Below, one piece after another: positions 23,422-38,301 of a stretch of DNA of 64,000 nt (position 1 is the first letter of the stretch; the number at the start of each line of letters is the position of its first letter). Below the pieces are notes generated by a model. The model was not told the origin of the DNA and ran no database searches. It saw only the letters and a program-made list of their open reading frames with translations. Made by a program: the position numbers and the translations under genes. Source of the DNA: Eledone cirrhosa (taxonomy: Eukaryota); assembly GCA_964016885.1 (NCBI GenBank), contig OZ024748.1:54746001-54810000 (forward strand), given 5' to 3'.

Positions 23422-23869
23422 AACATATTACTACGCACATATTACTACGCACACATGATTTATAATATAGGTATATATACACACAAAATCATAATCGATT
23501 TATTTGGATTGTGTATGTATAATTGCTCATGAGATTTTTTAATATTCTAAATGTGTGTGTACGTGTGTTTGTGTGTGTGTGTGCGTGTGTGTGTGTGTGT
23601 GTGTGCGTGTGTGCGCGTGCGCGTGTGTGCGTGTGTGTGTGCGTTTGCGTGTGCGTGTGTGTGTGTGAAATGAAAATATTGTCATATAAGTGTGTTTATA
23701 TGATTTTGTACAGGGCTATGTTTAATAACCCGCCCTTCCTTAGATATATACACCTATACACACACACAAACATACATAACCCTTTTTTTGTATAATAGGA
23801 TTATACATGTTCCATTGTACATCAAGTTGGGAGATTATCAAAAATATTTATGCATGCATGTGTGTATAA

Positions 23870-23900
<31 letters not shown>

Positions 23901-23917
23901 TATACATATACATAGAA

Positions 23918-23976
<59 letters not shown>

Positions 23977-24027
23977 AATATATATACTTATAAATATATA
24001 CATAGCAATATATCCATATATATATAC

Positions 24028-24092
<65 letters not shown>

Positions 24093-24444
24093 ATAAATAC
24101 ATGTGTGTGTATGTATGTGCATCATGTTTATATGTATATGCATGTGTGTACATATATACATACACATACAATCATATACATATAAATATGTACATATATA
24201 TATATATATGTATATTTATATATACGCATGTATATGCACATACATATAAACATGCACATACACATATATTTATAATATATATAATATATACACACACACA
24301 CACACACACATGCATATACATATAAACATACACATAGATACACACACACAGTTATATATATATATATAGAATACACACATGCATATACATATAAACATCA
24401 TACACATAGATACACACACTCCTATATATATATATATGTATAAT

Positions 24445-24597
24445 ACACACACAATGCGTATATATATATATATATATATATGAACCCTGGATAAACGTAT
24501 ATATATATATATATATACACACACAATGCGTATATATATATATATATATATGAACCCTGGATAAACGTATATATATATATATATACACACACAATGC

Positions 24598-24633
<36 letters not shown>

Positions 24634-24660
24634 TGGATAAACGTATATATATATATATAT
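24445..24660. repeat. Three tandem units of about 70 bp built from short motifs and TA runs
   Basis: acacacaatgcgta(ta)n-aaccctggataaacgta(ta)n three times. Confidence 0.85.
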
Positions 24661-25303
24661 ATATATATATGCTAGTCTTTGTATGCACTTGTGTATGTAT
24701 ATGAACGCGTATAATTTTCTTTATTGTTGTTTTTATTTGTATATATGCGTGTTTGCGCTTTCAAAATCAATAGAGAGTGCAGGATATATGGAGGTCAATA
24801 TGTACTTTCCCCTATGACGACATGATTGCATTTGTCCGTGAAGTAAGCGACACTCTAACATACACCTACATACTCAAGCATATTTTTACGATTAGAAATA
24901 CACAGGCACACATACATAAACTCTCACATACATAAACATATATAAATACCACACACACATATACAGTATATATATATATATACACACACACATATATATA
25001 CATACTCACACACACACACATATATATATATACATACACACACATATACATGCACAAACATATATATACACACACATATATATATATACATACACTCACA
25101 CACATGTATATGTATGTATATATATACATATATATATTCATACATATGTAAATATCTAATATATAAAAGACATACCTACATACATATATGCATACATATG
25201 TACATACATACATATATATATATAAACACAGACACATATATTTACGCACACACATATATACATACATATATTTACAGACACATACATGCGCACATACATT
25301 CAT

Positions 25304-25355
<52 letters not shown>

Positions 25356-25889
25356 TCATACATTCACCATTCATATGCAGAATCCTAGATTGGAGGTGGA
25401 ATAAATAAAATGCAAATATGGAAGCTGAAAGGGAGATCAGGACTTGAGGGAATGTCTTTTGTGAAAGAAGAAAGGAATGTTCTTGTAACAACAACAACAA
25501 TAGATCCGACGACAGCAACGTAGAAAGTAGGACGTAATGAGAGAACCTCTATGTGGTTTCTATACCATCTAAAAATAGTAGCCAAATACTCTCGAATTAC
25601 ATCCCATCGTTTTAAACCATTCGTATTTACGTTACTCTATATTTACTATTGTAGTTTTGTGGTAAAGGCTTTTGTAAAGGATTCACATAATATAGAATCT
25701 ACGAGAATTTGATGTTATTTATTTTTAGAACAATATCTTAATGTTAGTATGAGCAGCCAATTACAGCCGGTTTGAACAGAAAGTGGTGAGAGAATTCTGT
25801 CTGGATATGGCCGGTTTAATTGCTAAAGAGTTAAAAGAGAAGAGAGAACCCGGATAACGTAGTCTTCGATTTTATTTGATGCTCTAAAT

Positions 25890-26107
25890 CAGGTATGTGA
25901 AACATGCGGCCCGTGAGTTGCATAGGGCCCTTTACAAGCGCACCTGCGGCCCGCACAAAAGTTTTTACAGCGCGAGCATCTTTTATCTTCGTAATATAAA
26001 ATAAAAAAAATTGTTGTAATGTGCACAATTAGTTATCGTGTGTGGCCCTGAGACAACACATATGTCATCCATGTCGCCCTCGGTGGACCCTCAGTTTGAT
26101 ATGCCTG
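25890..26107. mobile_element. hAT (Charlie-like) MITE
   Basis: TIRs caggtatgtgaaac / gtttgatatgcctg; 8-bp TSD ctctaaat / ttctaaat; subterminal gcggcccg motifs. Confidence 0.85.
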
Positions 26108-26364
26108 TTCTAAATCATAGCTGGAACGGTATTTGGTGAAAAGTATGTTCCAGGGGGGCTGAGCACCAGAACCCCCACGTTTTTGCTCGACAAGCTGAAA
26201 ATAACAGCCTAATCACCCTCAAGTTATATTGGTACAATGTCTTCTGAAAAGATGCAGAGCTACATTGAGTTATATGGTCCTATAAACACTGTGTGAAATA
26301 TAAACACATAAGATGGTCTGCTGAGTGGAACAGGGGTAAATAACAACGTACACAACAATAAACT

Positions 26365-26486
26365 AACACTACAACTACCACCACCACCACTACCACCACC
26401 ATCACCATCACTACTGCCAACACCACCGCCACTACTATTGCTACTATTACAACCACTATCACCACTACTAAAACTGCCAGCATCAT

Positions 26487-26541
<55 letters not shown>

Positions 26542-27082
26542 GCCAGCATCATTACTACTACTACCACCACCATCACCACCACTACCACCGCCACTACTAC
26601 CACCACCACCACTACAACCACTACCTTCACTACTACTACCACCGCCACCACTACCACTACCACCACTACTACTACCACCAACATCACCACTACTACCACC
26701 GCCACCACTACTACAACCACTACCTCTACCATCACTACTACTAACCACCGCCACCACTTCCACTACCGCCACCACTACAACCACAACCACCACCGTATAT
26801 GTCAGTATGACAATGGTGATGGTGGTGGTTATGGTGATGGTGATGGTGGTGGTTATGGTGGTGGTGATGGTGATGGTGATGGTTATGGCTATGGTGGTGG
26901 TGATGGTGATGGTGATGGTTATGGTTATGGTGGAAGTGATGGTGATGGTGATGGTGATGGTTATGGTGGAAGTGATGGTGATGGTGATGGTGATGGTTAT
27001 GGTGGAAGTGATGGTGATGGTGATGGTGATGGTGGAAGTGATGGTGATGGTGATGGTTATGGTGGAAGTGGTGGTGGTGGTG
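26365..27082. repeat. (CYA)n tract followed by (GGT/GAT)n tract
   Basis: C-rich triplets to about 26794, G-rich triplets from about 26812. Confidence 0.9.
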
Positions 27083-27109
27083 CTAATAACGATAATATAG
27101 ATGATGATA

Positions 27110-27296
27110 ATAATTGTTTCTACTTTAGGCACAAGACCAGCAATTATCCCAGTGCATTACTGGTACTTTATTTTATCGACCCGTTAAGGATGAAAGGCAA
27201 AGTTAACCTCGGCGGGATTTGAACTCAGAATGGAAAGGGCCGTAACTCTATGCTGCAAAGCATGGCGTCCGACCCTCTACCGATACTACCAATCCA
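27110..27296 (-). mobile_element. SINE family A, full length
   Basis: Matches the consensus from aattgtttctact to ccaatcca. Confidence 0.9.
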
Positions 27297-27699
27297 ATGA
27301 TATTTATAATTGTTTCTATTATGACAACGCAACGGCGGTGATGGTGATGATGATGATGCTAGTTGTGACGATGGGGATGATGGTGGTGATGATGATGATG
27401 GTGACGATGGTGATGATGGTGGTGATGATGCTAGTTGTGATAATGGTGATGATGGTGACGATGATGATGGTGATGATGATGACGATGGTGACGACGATGG
27501 CGACGACGTTGGCGATGACGATGGCGACGATGGTGATGACGATGGCGATGACGATGGCGATCACGATGGCGATGACAATGGTGACAGCAGCGATGGTAAC
27601 GACGATGGTGACGACGACGACGGCGACGGCGATGGCGATGGCTAGTGGCAGCAGCGATGGTAATGTGGTTGACAACAATGTTGAATCAGATGGCAGCAG

Positions 27700-27936
27700 T
27701 GGTGAGAGGTGGGGTGATGGTGGGGCGGTGAGAGGTGGGGTGATGGTGGGGCGGTGAGAGGTGGTGTGATGGTGGGGTGGTGAGAGGTGGGGTGATGGTG
27801 GGGTGGTGAGAGGTGGGGTGATGGTGGGGCGGTGAGAGGTGGGGTGATGGTGGGGTGGTGAGAGGTGGGGTGATGGTGGGATGGTGAGAGGTGGGGTGAT
27901 GGTGGGGTGGTGAGAGGTGGGGTGATGGTGGGGTGA
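27700..27936. repeat. 26-bp G-rich minisatellite, about 9 copies
   Basis: Unit gtgagaggtggggtgatggtgggg(c/t)g; gagagg at 27704, 27730, 27756 and onward. Confidence 0.95.
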
Positions 27937-28256
27937 CTATAAAAAAAACCCCCGAAAAACCAAACGAAACAATATAATCGAAGGATTAATGTACACTTAT
28001 CTGCAGATGTGAAGAATGTCCGGGTGGTAATTGTAAATAAGGGTGCAGCAGGCGGCGATTGGAGGGACAGATAGATGGACGGTAGCAGAAAGTGTTTGAT
28101 TTATCAGGATCGATACATTATAAAACAATAACAATACTCCACCCCCTCCGCCAGGAGATCTGAAGTTGCTGAGGCTGTGATAGCTTTTCAATGATCTATT
28201 TAAGAGGTTCCAGCAAATACTGATTGATCGATTCCAATAAATACATTTCTCTAAGT

Positions 28257-28291
<35 letters not shown>

Positions 28292-28536
28292 GAGAGAGAG
28301 TGAGAGAGAGAGAGAGAGAGAGAGTGAGTGAGAGAGAGAGACAGACAGGCAAACAGACAGATAGACGGACAAACAGACAGACGGACGGACAAACAGATAT
28401 ACAGACAAACGGACAGACAGACAGACATACAGACATACGGACGGACGGAAAAGAGCAATCAGTTTAACTATTAGACGTATATACAATTTGAGATATATGA
28501 GCATAAATCCAGCAAAATACACTCACATACACTATA

Positions 28537-28737
28537 CGAGGGTCGGCTGAAAGGTTCATAAGCTGAATATGAAGGAGTGATGCCAGAGCTGTGAAATCTC
28601 GCGTGTATTATTAATTTCAACTCTTTTTATTAATAACTGCATTGTTTCTTTCCAGGACCTAGGTTGAAAAATAAACCTCATTTGGTCATTCCATGAGAGT
28701 ATCTTGGTAACCCCCTGAACATTTCAGTCCACACTCG
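28537..28737. mobile_element. Tc1/mariner-type MITE
   Basis: TA-cgagggtcggctgaaaggttca ... tgaacatttcagtccacactcg-TA (20/24 identity including TA). Confidence 0.8.
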
Positions 28738-29093
28738 TATATATATATATATATATATATATATGCAGGTCGAAGCACTACATAGAGATTTCATAGTTGA
28801 ATCATGCCGAGTTGCGTTGACTGATTTAGAGTAATTTCCAGCAGTGATTATTTGGCCAATTTATTTTTCAGACACGGTGTATTATTGAGAGATCACAGTT
28901 CCGATATTACATTGATTTAGAATGTCTCAGAAAAGAAGCTGAACAGATATTACGGACAAAATCAACAGACAGGAGGCACTGGCGTCTTTTTAAAAAAAAA
29001 ATATTTATTTGGTTCCTTTACCGGTTTCGCAGTTCATGTGCTTTTCAAAAGTAGAATTGAGATGGAGGGTTTGTGGTTTTCTCATATATATAT

Positions 29094-29550
29094 ATATAAA
29101 ATCAAGGAAAAGCAAATAAAGGAAACATTTAAAAATAAATTTTACAATATTCACTGTATTTACTATATGTGCCTTTACCGCGGTTTCAGATCCCCAAAGA
29201 GTCCACCTTGCTTTCAGTCTTTTCACACGGTACTAGACAAAATTGTTTCATTATTCATTTGTTGGGGCAGTTTTGTATGGCGCCAGTTTGTATTTTGAAC
29301 TTGGGAATCTTATATTCTCCGAGAGAGAAAAGCCTTCTGACGAGGATCTCTTTCTCAATGGAAATCCGCTTGGATTATCTATTTGTTTTGGGATCTGAAA
29401 CCGCGGTAAAGGCACATATAGTAAGTACAGTGAATTTTTTGAAATTTATTTAAACATTTTTTCTTTATTTGATTTTCCTTGATTTTATATGTTGCCATTG
29501 AACCACACTTGCATACGGTCGGACTATACTTGTATCCCTGTGTATTAATT
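29094..29550 (+). mobile_element. Inverted-repeat cassette with hammerhead, between (TA)n tracts
   Basis: Arms of about 100 bp (29094-29194 / 29390-29490), 195-bp spacer, unique tail of about 60 bp. Confidence 0.75.
29332..29413 (+). ncRNA. Type I hammerhead ribozyme motif (GUA), palindromic stem III
   Basis: GCCTT-CTGACGA-GGATCTC-(39 nt)-GGGATCT-GAA-ACCGCGGT-A-AAGGC; predicted cleavage after A29408. Confidence 0.85.
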
Positions 29551-29571
29551 ACATGTAGGAACACATACTTT

Positions 29572-29612
<41 letters not shown>

Positions 29613-29893
29613 TGTATGTATATATTTATATGCATGTATGTTTCTATAAGTATATATGCATGTGTGTGTGTATAAGGATTCGTAACTTCTGATGGAATCT
29701 TAAATGCCTGGTGGTCATCGATCTCTCCAGTTCGTTTGTCTACCAGCATATCAGAAAAAAATGATGCATTTTCCATATATTTTGTCTGAGGAGAACATGC
29801 TTTGCTTTATGTTATACATAGAACTTTGCCTCTTTGAAATATATATAATGAAATAAATAGAGATGATATAAAGCGTATATCTTTCGTTTATTA

Positions 29894-29968
<75 letters not shown>

Positions 29969-30138
29969 ATATTTGACGAGGGTCATATTTTTATAATATT
30001 GCCAGAAAATAACAACAGAACGCACTCACTGTTTGTGGTGGGATGGTTTTTGCTTCTGTATCTTTTATATCTCCATAGTTAATTTATCTGGCAATCAATG
30101 TTTATCATTGATTGACCAACGGTTAAAAATACAGATAC

Positions 30139-30227
<89 letters not shown>

Positions 30228-30350
30228 ATCAAAGTTCTTGATAAACATGATAAACATTGATTGTCAGATGAATTAATTATGAAGATATGACCCTCCCCAA
30301 ATATAACAATATTTGTTTCAACACACGATTTCATATCAACAACGTTGCAA

Positions 30351-30405
<55 letters not shown>

Positions 30406-30409
<4 letters not shown>

Positions 30410-30556
30410 AGAATAATAAATTTGAAGACTAAAATCCAAAGAGGGCTCGATAAGGATAAATATATATCTAATATATAAGAGCAAATATTTAGAAGATCCC
30501 GTTAAGGGTGAAAGCAGCGATTCTTTGCTTAAACTTTAATCTGTTATTTTAATAAA
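30406..30556. mobile_element. Rearranged copy of the 12684-12912 cassette
   Basis: Tail is inverted (tttgaagactaaaatccaaagagggctcgataagg) and joined to agaagatcccgttaagggtgaaagcagcg.. Confidence 0.85.
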
Positions 30557-30707
30557 TAAATATATGTATATATATATATATATATATATTCTGCGTCCAG
30601 AATTAGCCGTCGGGGTCCTACTCGTTCCTATTACCCACTCTACTACCCTAAGTATTGAGTACTCTGGTGCGCTATGGTCCATCTGGTTCCTTACCACATT
30701 TTCTTCG

Positions 30708-30773
<66 letters not shown>

Positions 30774-31531
30774 GGAAGAAATCGGGTGTGTTCAAACTAG
30801 GATATGTCTTATGTCACGACGGTACATTTAAGATTGCATCAGGAGTTACGTATGCTTACACACGAACACCCACACGCATGCACATATACTTATATATACA
30901 TACATGCATACATACTTAAGTACGTATTGAGAGACATCACAAGAGTTCCACGTTGCATTCACTTTAAAGAGCGAGAAAGAGAAAAGGTCTTTTATAATAC
31001 CCATCACTAGCGGGTGTTTACCAGAGTATTGGATTGCTAACATTTGATCCCTTTGCCGAGGGGAGGGCTTCCATATGCGAGAAGGTCAAGTCTAATCCCT
31101 AACTAGACGTAAACAAAAGAAACCAGAGGGGAGAAAAGGGGGGCATCAATAATAATAATGAACATAGCAAGGGAGATAATTGAAAGGAGCAAAATCAAAA
31201 GAAAGTGCAATCCAATGTATTATATATATATATATATATACATATATACACACATAATATATATACATATATATTTTTATATATGTATATATACATATAT
31301 ATACATATATACACACATTATATATATATATATATACACACACACATTATATATATATATACACACTCACACACACTATATATATATATATAATGAGAAC
31401 GTGTGTTGTAAATGGGAAGGCCATAATTAAAGGAGGAATTAGAAGGAAGTTTGGGATGCGGGGGTGTGATGATGCGGCGGCTGATTGCTGCAGAAGGGAG
31501 GGTGGAGGGGGGTATGTTGTTGTTCTTGCAA

Positions 31532-31566
<35 letters not shown>

Positions 31567-31902
31567 TTTGGTGGTGGTGGTATTAATGGTGTATGGTGGA
31601 AGGGTGGCTGGTGGAAATAAGACGGTATTTCACTAACCTTCAGTTTACGCTTTATAATTTGCTATTTCCTCGTTTCTTTTGTTTCATTAACCATCATACT
31701 TTTCATCACTGACACCAAGTCCATTCATTTGAACCTGATGACTTTTCTTCTCATTCAATCTCTCTCTCTCCCTCACTCACTGTCTCTCCCTCTCTCTCTC
31801 TATCCCCCTCACTACCATCCTTATTGTTTCTCATTTCTCTCTCTCTTTTTCTCTCTCTGTTTCATGGTCATTGAAGCTATCTATCTGTCTATCTACCGCC
31901 CG

Positions 31903-31958
<56 letters not shown>

Positions 31959-32482
31959 CCTCCCCCCCCTCTATCCCCCCCCCCCTCTCTCCCCCCTCTC
32001 TCTCCCCCTCTCTACCATCCTTATTGTTTCTCATTTCTCTCTCTCTTTGTTTCATGTCCATTCAAGCCATCTATCTGTCTATCTACCGTCTCTCTCTCTC
32101 TCACTCTCCCTCATGCTCCCCCTCCCTTCTCTCTAATTCACATGCTCCTCCTCTCTTATTCGCATGTTACCCCCTCTCTCTCTCTATGTATGTATGTATG
32201 TATGTATGTATGTATGTATGTATGTATGTATGTATGTATGTATGTATGTATGTATGTATGTATGTATGTATGTATATCACCTTTCACACTATCGTTTACA
32301 TTCTTCCTATATATCTATCTTTCCATCTTTCTCCTTTCTTTTAATCTCTCTCCTTCTCTCTCCCTCACATTCATTAGCTGTCAATCTCCTGTCTCTCTAT
32401 CTCTCTACGTCCGTCTATCTCTCTCTCTATCAGTTATATATATATATATCTACTTCTACTACGTCTTACACATAATCTCTAA

Positions 32483-32537
<55 letters not shown>

Positions 32538-32883
32538 CCTATCATTCGCTAGCTATCACTCTACTCCTGTCTCTATACGTCTCTACGTCCCCCCCCCCCT
32601 CTCTCTCTCTCTCTATATATATATATCCTATAACGTCTTACAATCTCTAATAATCTCTATCTTTCTCTATTCTTGCCCGTGTCTTTCTATCGCTCCTTTG
32701 TCTTAGAGGTGTCCATTAATATACAAGTGTTAACAAGGTGCTAATTATAAAGTCGACCGTATCCTACCGTATTGGAGCGGTCCACCTCTCATTTCTGATT
32801 TAGGAACAAACAGTCGGAAAATGAGCAACTCTTCCCTCCTCTTCACCGCTGCATATTCTCACTAATTCTACATCATTCGCCAT

Positions 32884-32917
<34 letters not shown>

Positions 32918-32953
32918 CTGCCAATATCTATATTTCTCCCTCTCTTTTTTCTC

Positions 32954-33063
<110 letters not shown>

Positions 33064-33268
33064 AACATGTACACACACACACATATGTACACACACACAC
33101 ACATATATATATATTCACACATGTACACACACATACACATACACACATATTTATATATATATATATATATATACACATATGTACACACACACATGTACAC
33201 ACACATGTACACACACACACGTACACACACACACGTACACACACACCCACATATGTACACACACACAT

Positions 33269-33323
<55 letters not shown>

Positions 33324-34367
33324 CACACACACACACACAGAAAAATACGAAATGTTCTCTTTTTGAACTGTTCACCAAGCTAACATTAGTGCCTCAAGTA
33401 CTGGTCCTCATGAGTTCACATTTACAGACGTTAGTGTAAGTTTGACAAGAAACAAGCTAAATAATCGCTATAAATAATTCATCCAATATGTAATTCTTAA
33501 TGTTGTGGGAGCACCATAGAGACATAGAGCGTTTCTCAGACCTTTTTTTTTTATTAAGAACCTGACAGAGCTCACCCTCTCAGGTTTGATCACAGCCGAT
33601 TTCATCCTCTGTAGAGAGCTAGAACGGATACTGCAAAGAGTTATATCCGACGTTCTACCGACTTTACCAATTCGTTACTTATTCAAATATTCTGTTTGAA
33701 CATGCATATGGTGCTCACAATAGATTAGTTGGCGAAAAACGCAAGAGAACCGAAACGGTGAGTTGGATTTCATTAAAATTTCGTTGTTGTTGGATTGGTC
33801 TTAAGGAGAAACTTAAAACTATACATATGCCCTTCATAGACAAAATTTTGTGCACCCCAATAAATTTGTTCGTGTGGTGTGGCAAGTACACTTCAAGCTC
33901 CCCTATCAAGGTGTTCAGAGCTATGACTAATTTTTAAATGCTAGAGCTGGAACTGATGTGAAAACAAGAGTGTTCCATACAAAACAGATATGATCAACAT
34001 TATCGCAAATCCGTGACGATACAAGTACCGTCTCTTTAGGTGAAAAGGCGAACGTGCAGCGATCTTAAGAAAGTACTAATCGAGTGATTCGAATGTCAGA
34101 GATAAATTGGTCAATATCTGTATCTAGCACAAACCTCTTTCTTTACAGGTGACTGGTAGGGTTCTGTAAAGTTCTCAAACAGTTTCATTTAGAAACAGAA
34201 AACTCAATAAATATTTAGAGTAACAAATTAATCATGGGTTTTCAAACTTACAATGCCTCACGATTACTACCAGTTTACACATACAACCACACACACACAC
34301 ACACATATATATATACATACATGCATGCATAAACACTTACACACTCATATACATGCATAAACACTTT

Positions 34368-34409
<42 letters not shown>

Positions 34410-34427
34410 CATGGATAACACTTACAT

Positions 34428-34462
<35 letters not shown>

Positions 34463-34557
34463 CACCTACATGCATAAACACTTACACACACATAAATATA
34501 TACATACATGCATAAACACACACACACGTGTGTGTGTGTGTGTCTGTGTGTGTGTGT

Positions 34558-34727
34558 TATAACTGTTTTATTTGGAGGAAATCACAAAGAAAAGCTTTTC
34601 CAGATGATTTCCTTAAAATGAAACAGTTTTAGTCCTGTAGAAGCCATTTCTATATTAGATTTTGTATACACTCTACTAACATATTAATTACCTTACTTAC
34701 TGTGGTTACCCCCGATTGAACCCGGGA

Positions 34728-34730
<3 letters not shown>
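34558..34730 (+). mobile_element. Copy of the 17.8-kb hammerhead cassette with its own short fold-back
   Basis: gcttttc-CAGATGA-tttccttaaaat-GAAACAG-ttttagtc-CTGTA-gaagcc, ending cccgattgaacccggga. Confidence 0.75.
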
Positions 34731-34783
<53 letters not shown>

Positions 34784-36421
34784 CATACACAAAGAGAGGG
34801 AGAAAGCGAGAGAGAGAGAGACATGCTATAAATACACACAGAGACAGTTAGATAGGTAAGGATGGGATGAGAGAAAATTGATGATGATGATGATGATGAC
34901 GATGATGATGATGATGATAATGATGACGATGATGATGATAATGATGAATGTGGTTATGACGTGTAATATCAAACATATTTCTGACTAAACAACGTTGAAT
35001 AATGATTCCCAAACCTCCAGAACAGTAATTCACCCAACTCAACCTTTACATTCTCCACTTACCCACAATTCTAACACCCACCTACCACCGCCCCCACCAC
35101 ATACAGGGACATCTCTATAGTTAATGCCACACATCATAGCACCCTTACCAACACCAAAACTCTTCTCCGCCCCTACCAATAACCGTTCGCCTTCCTTACC
35201 TTTGCTAACCCCTTTTGCAAACCTCTTGTTTTTCTTCACGTCTTAAAAGGGAAAGATTATCAAAGAAGTTATTCTGACGGAGTCTCTCTGTCGTTATTAT
35301 CACCACAGCTACCGTCACCAGTCAGCTGACTTTCTTGCCCTCGACACCACCATATACCACCAGCGCCACCACCGCTAATATCGCCATCACCGCCGCCACC
35401 ACCACTACTAACACCACTATCACCACTACTAACATCACCACCACCACCACCGTCGCTAACACCACCACCACCACCACTAATATCGCCATCACCACCACCA
35501 CCACTACTAACACCACCATCACCACTGCTAACATCACCACCAACACCACTACTAACATCCTCACCACCACCACCACTATCATCAACACACCACCGCCTTC
35601 ACCACCATCACCACTAACATCACTACCACCACCACCACCACCACCACGGCTAACACCACCATCACTACCATCGCCATCACCACCACCACTACTTCCAGCA
35701 ACACCACCCCCACCACCACCACGACCACTCATCATCAACACCACCCCCACCACCACCACCACCACTCATCATCAACGCCACCACAATCATCTTTGACCTC
35801 CCCCACCTGCTCCCTATACGTATTTTGATAGGGTCTGCTATTAATGTCCCCTTTCATTACAGTCCTTTGGTGTTGGGAGCTGTTTTAAATTGCCCAATTA
35901 CCACACAGTTCTCGTATTCATGTCATCAGAACGAGACTTGTATTCCTCACTTAACTTTCTTACTCTCATTTTTTCTTTCTTTCTGTTAAGCTCACTTTCT
36001 TCTTTTACTTTCATCGTTATATTCATCAACAGTATCGTCATCATCATTACATTTTTTCATCATCATCATTTTATCCCTCACCACCATCAGTCATCATCAT
36101 CATCATCATCAGTAACATGCTTTACTTCTCCATCATCGTCTTCATCAATTCTCTTGTCCTTTTCTTCTTTCTTTCTCGTCTCATTTTTTTTTGTTTTTCA
36201 TTTGATTACACACAAAATCTCTCTCTCTCTTCTCTTTCCTTCACTCCCTCTCCTTTTCTCCCGATCCCTCTCCCGATTTCTCCTGATCCTTCTATCCTCT
36301 CCTGATTTCTCTCCCCTGTTCCCCCTCTTCACATCTCTTCTCTCACCATTGTCCGCACCCCCTCTCATTTTTATCATTCAAACTTCTGGAGTGAGCTCTG
36401 TCTACAATACTGGATATACAT

Positions 36422-36604
36422 ATAATTGTTTCTACTTTAGGCACAAGGCCAGCAATTACCAAGTACATTACTGGTACTTTATTTTATCGACCCCCTAAGG
36501 ATGAAAGGCAAAGTTAACCTCGGCGGGATTTGAACTCAGAATAGCAAGGGCCGTAACTCTATGCGTCAAAGCATGGCATCCGACCCTCTACCGATACTGC
36601 CAAT
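36422..36604 (-). mobile_element. SINE family A, full length
   Basis: Consensus match. Confidence 0.9.
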
Positions 36605-36955
36605 ACATATAATATCTTATAGTATTTGATTAACATATAATATCTTATAGTACTGGATATACATATACTATTCTATAGTACTGGATATACATATATCTTA
36701 TAGTACTGGATATGTATACAATATCTTATAGTACTGGTTATAAATATAACATTTTATAGTACTGGATCTACATATAACATTTAACTAGTACTGTTGTCAT
36801 ATAACATTTAACTAGTTCTATTTCTAGTACTGTTGTCATATAACATTTAACTAGTTCTATTTCTAGTACTGTTGTCATATAACATTTAACTAGTTCTATT
36901 TCTAGTACTGTTGTCATATAACATTTAACTAGTTCTATTTCTAGTACTGTTGCCA
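36605..36955. repeat. Degenerate repeat of about 27 bp grading into a 39-bp minisatellite
   Basis: atatcttatagtactggatatac units, then about 4 copies of tttctagtactgttgtcatataacatttaactagttcta. Confidence 0.9.
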
Positions 36956-37330
36956 TGGTGGGTCATTGTACTCAATCATTGCACTCCCAATATATATTTC
37001 AGTTTGGTATTTTCTTATTGTTTTCGAAGCTGTCAATCCTCTTTACTGGGGTTTAGTAAGGGGCCACGTTTCTGTTCCATCGAAGAGCAAGAAGAAGATT
37101 ATTATTGTATTATTACTCTTTAATGAACAGTGAAGTTTCAGGACAATACCAGTTGTGATTTGGACAATACAATCGTAGAGAGAGAGAGAGAGAGAGAAAG
37201 CAAGAGAGAGAGAGAAAGAAAGAGAGAGAGAAATAAAGAAAGAGAGAGAGAAATAAAGAGAGAGAGGGAGAGAGAAAGAAAGAGAGAGATAGAGAGAGGA
37301 AGAAAAGAAAGAGAAAGAGAGATAGAAAGA

Positions 37331-37361
<31 letters not shown>

Positions 37362-37456
37362 CGAAAGAAAAAGAAAGAGAGAGAGAGCGAAAGAGAGAGA
37401 AAGAGAGCGAAAGAGAGAGACAGAGAGAGAGAGAGCGAAAGAGAGAGAAAGAGAGC

Positions 37457-37491
<35 letters not shown>

Positions 37492-37935
37492 CTATATCAT
37501 TTCCATCTACTAATCTATTGAACAACCCAAAGTGAAATTTTTAATAAAAACATCCCATTGGCAGCTATTATAACAGTGTATGTGTATTAACTGGTTACAA
37601 TGACTCTACCACGATATAATAGTATTTCTGATTTTTCTTATTATTTTTCATTATTTAAAAAAATTTGTTATCGTTTCTATTTTCCTTTGAGTTTACTCGG
37701 TGCAATTTGCTTCCTTATAAATTCAAACTCTTTTTTCTGCTGCAATGTTTGTATTAAACTTTAACCTTTTAAATATAATGGTTATAACTTGTTTAACAAT
37801 GACATTATACATTTATAACTTCTAAACTGTAATTAGCTATTAAGTTTCCATTCTAACTCATCTCGTTCTCAGGAGGCACCTGTCTACACACATACATAAA
37901 TACATACATACACACACACACCTATATACATGCAT

Positions 37936-38004
<69 letters not shown>

Positions 38005-38036
38005 TATAACGATCCCCTCCGTATGCATATATGTAT

Positions 38037-38109
<73 letters not shown>

Positions 38110-38301
38110 CATGCATATACATAGAAGGATATATATATTTTTATATTTACATACATACATACATACAGGGAAATATATATATATATATATGTGTGTATGT
38201 GTGTGTGTGTGTGTGTGTGTATTTTTTTTTGAATATATACATACATATATATATATATACGATATATTAACAAATGTAAACTATATTTATAAAACCATAT
38301 T

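Noticed and set aside
36768-36956. ORF with MTTVLEIELVKCY repeats
   Set aside because: Translation of a 39-bp minisatellite; no other coding evidence
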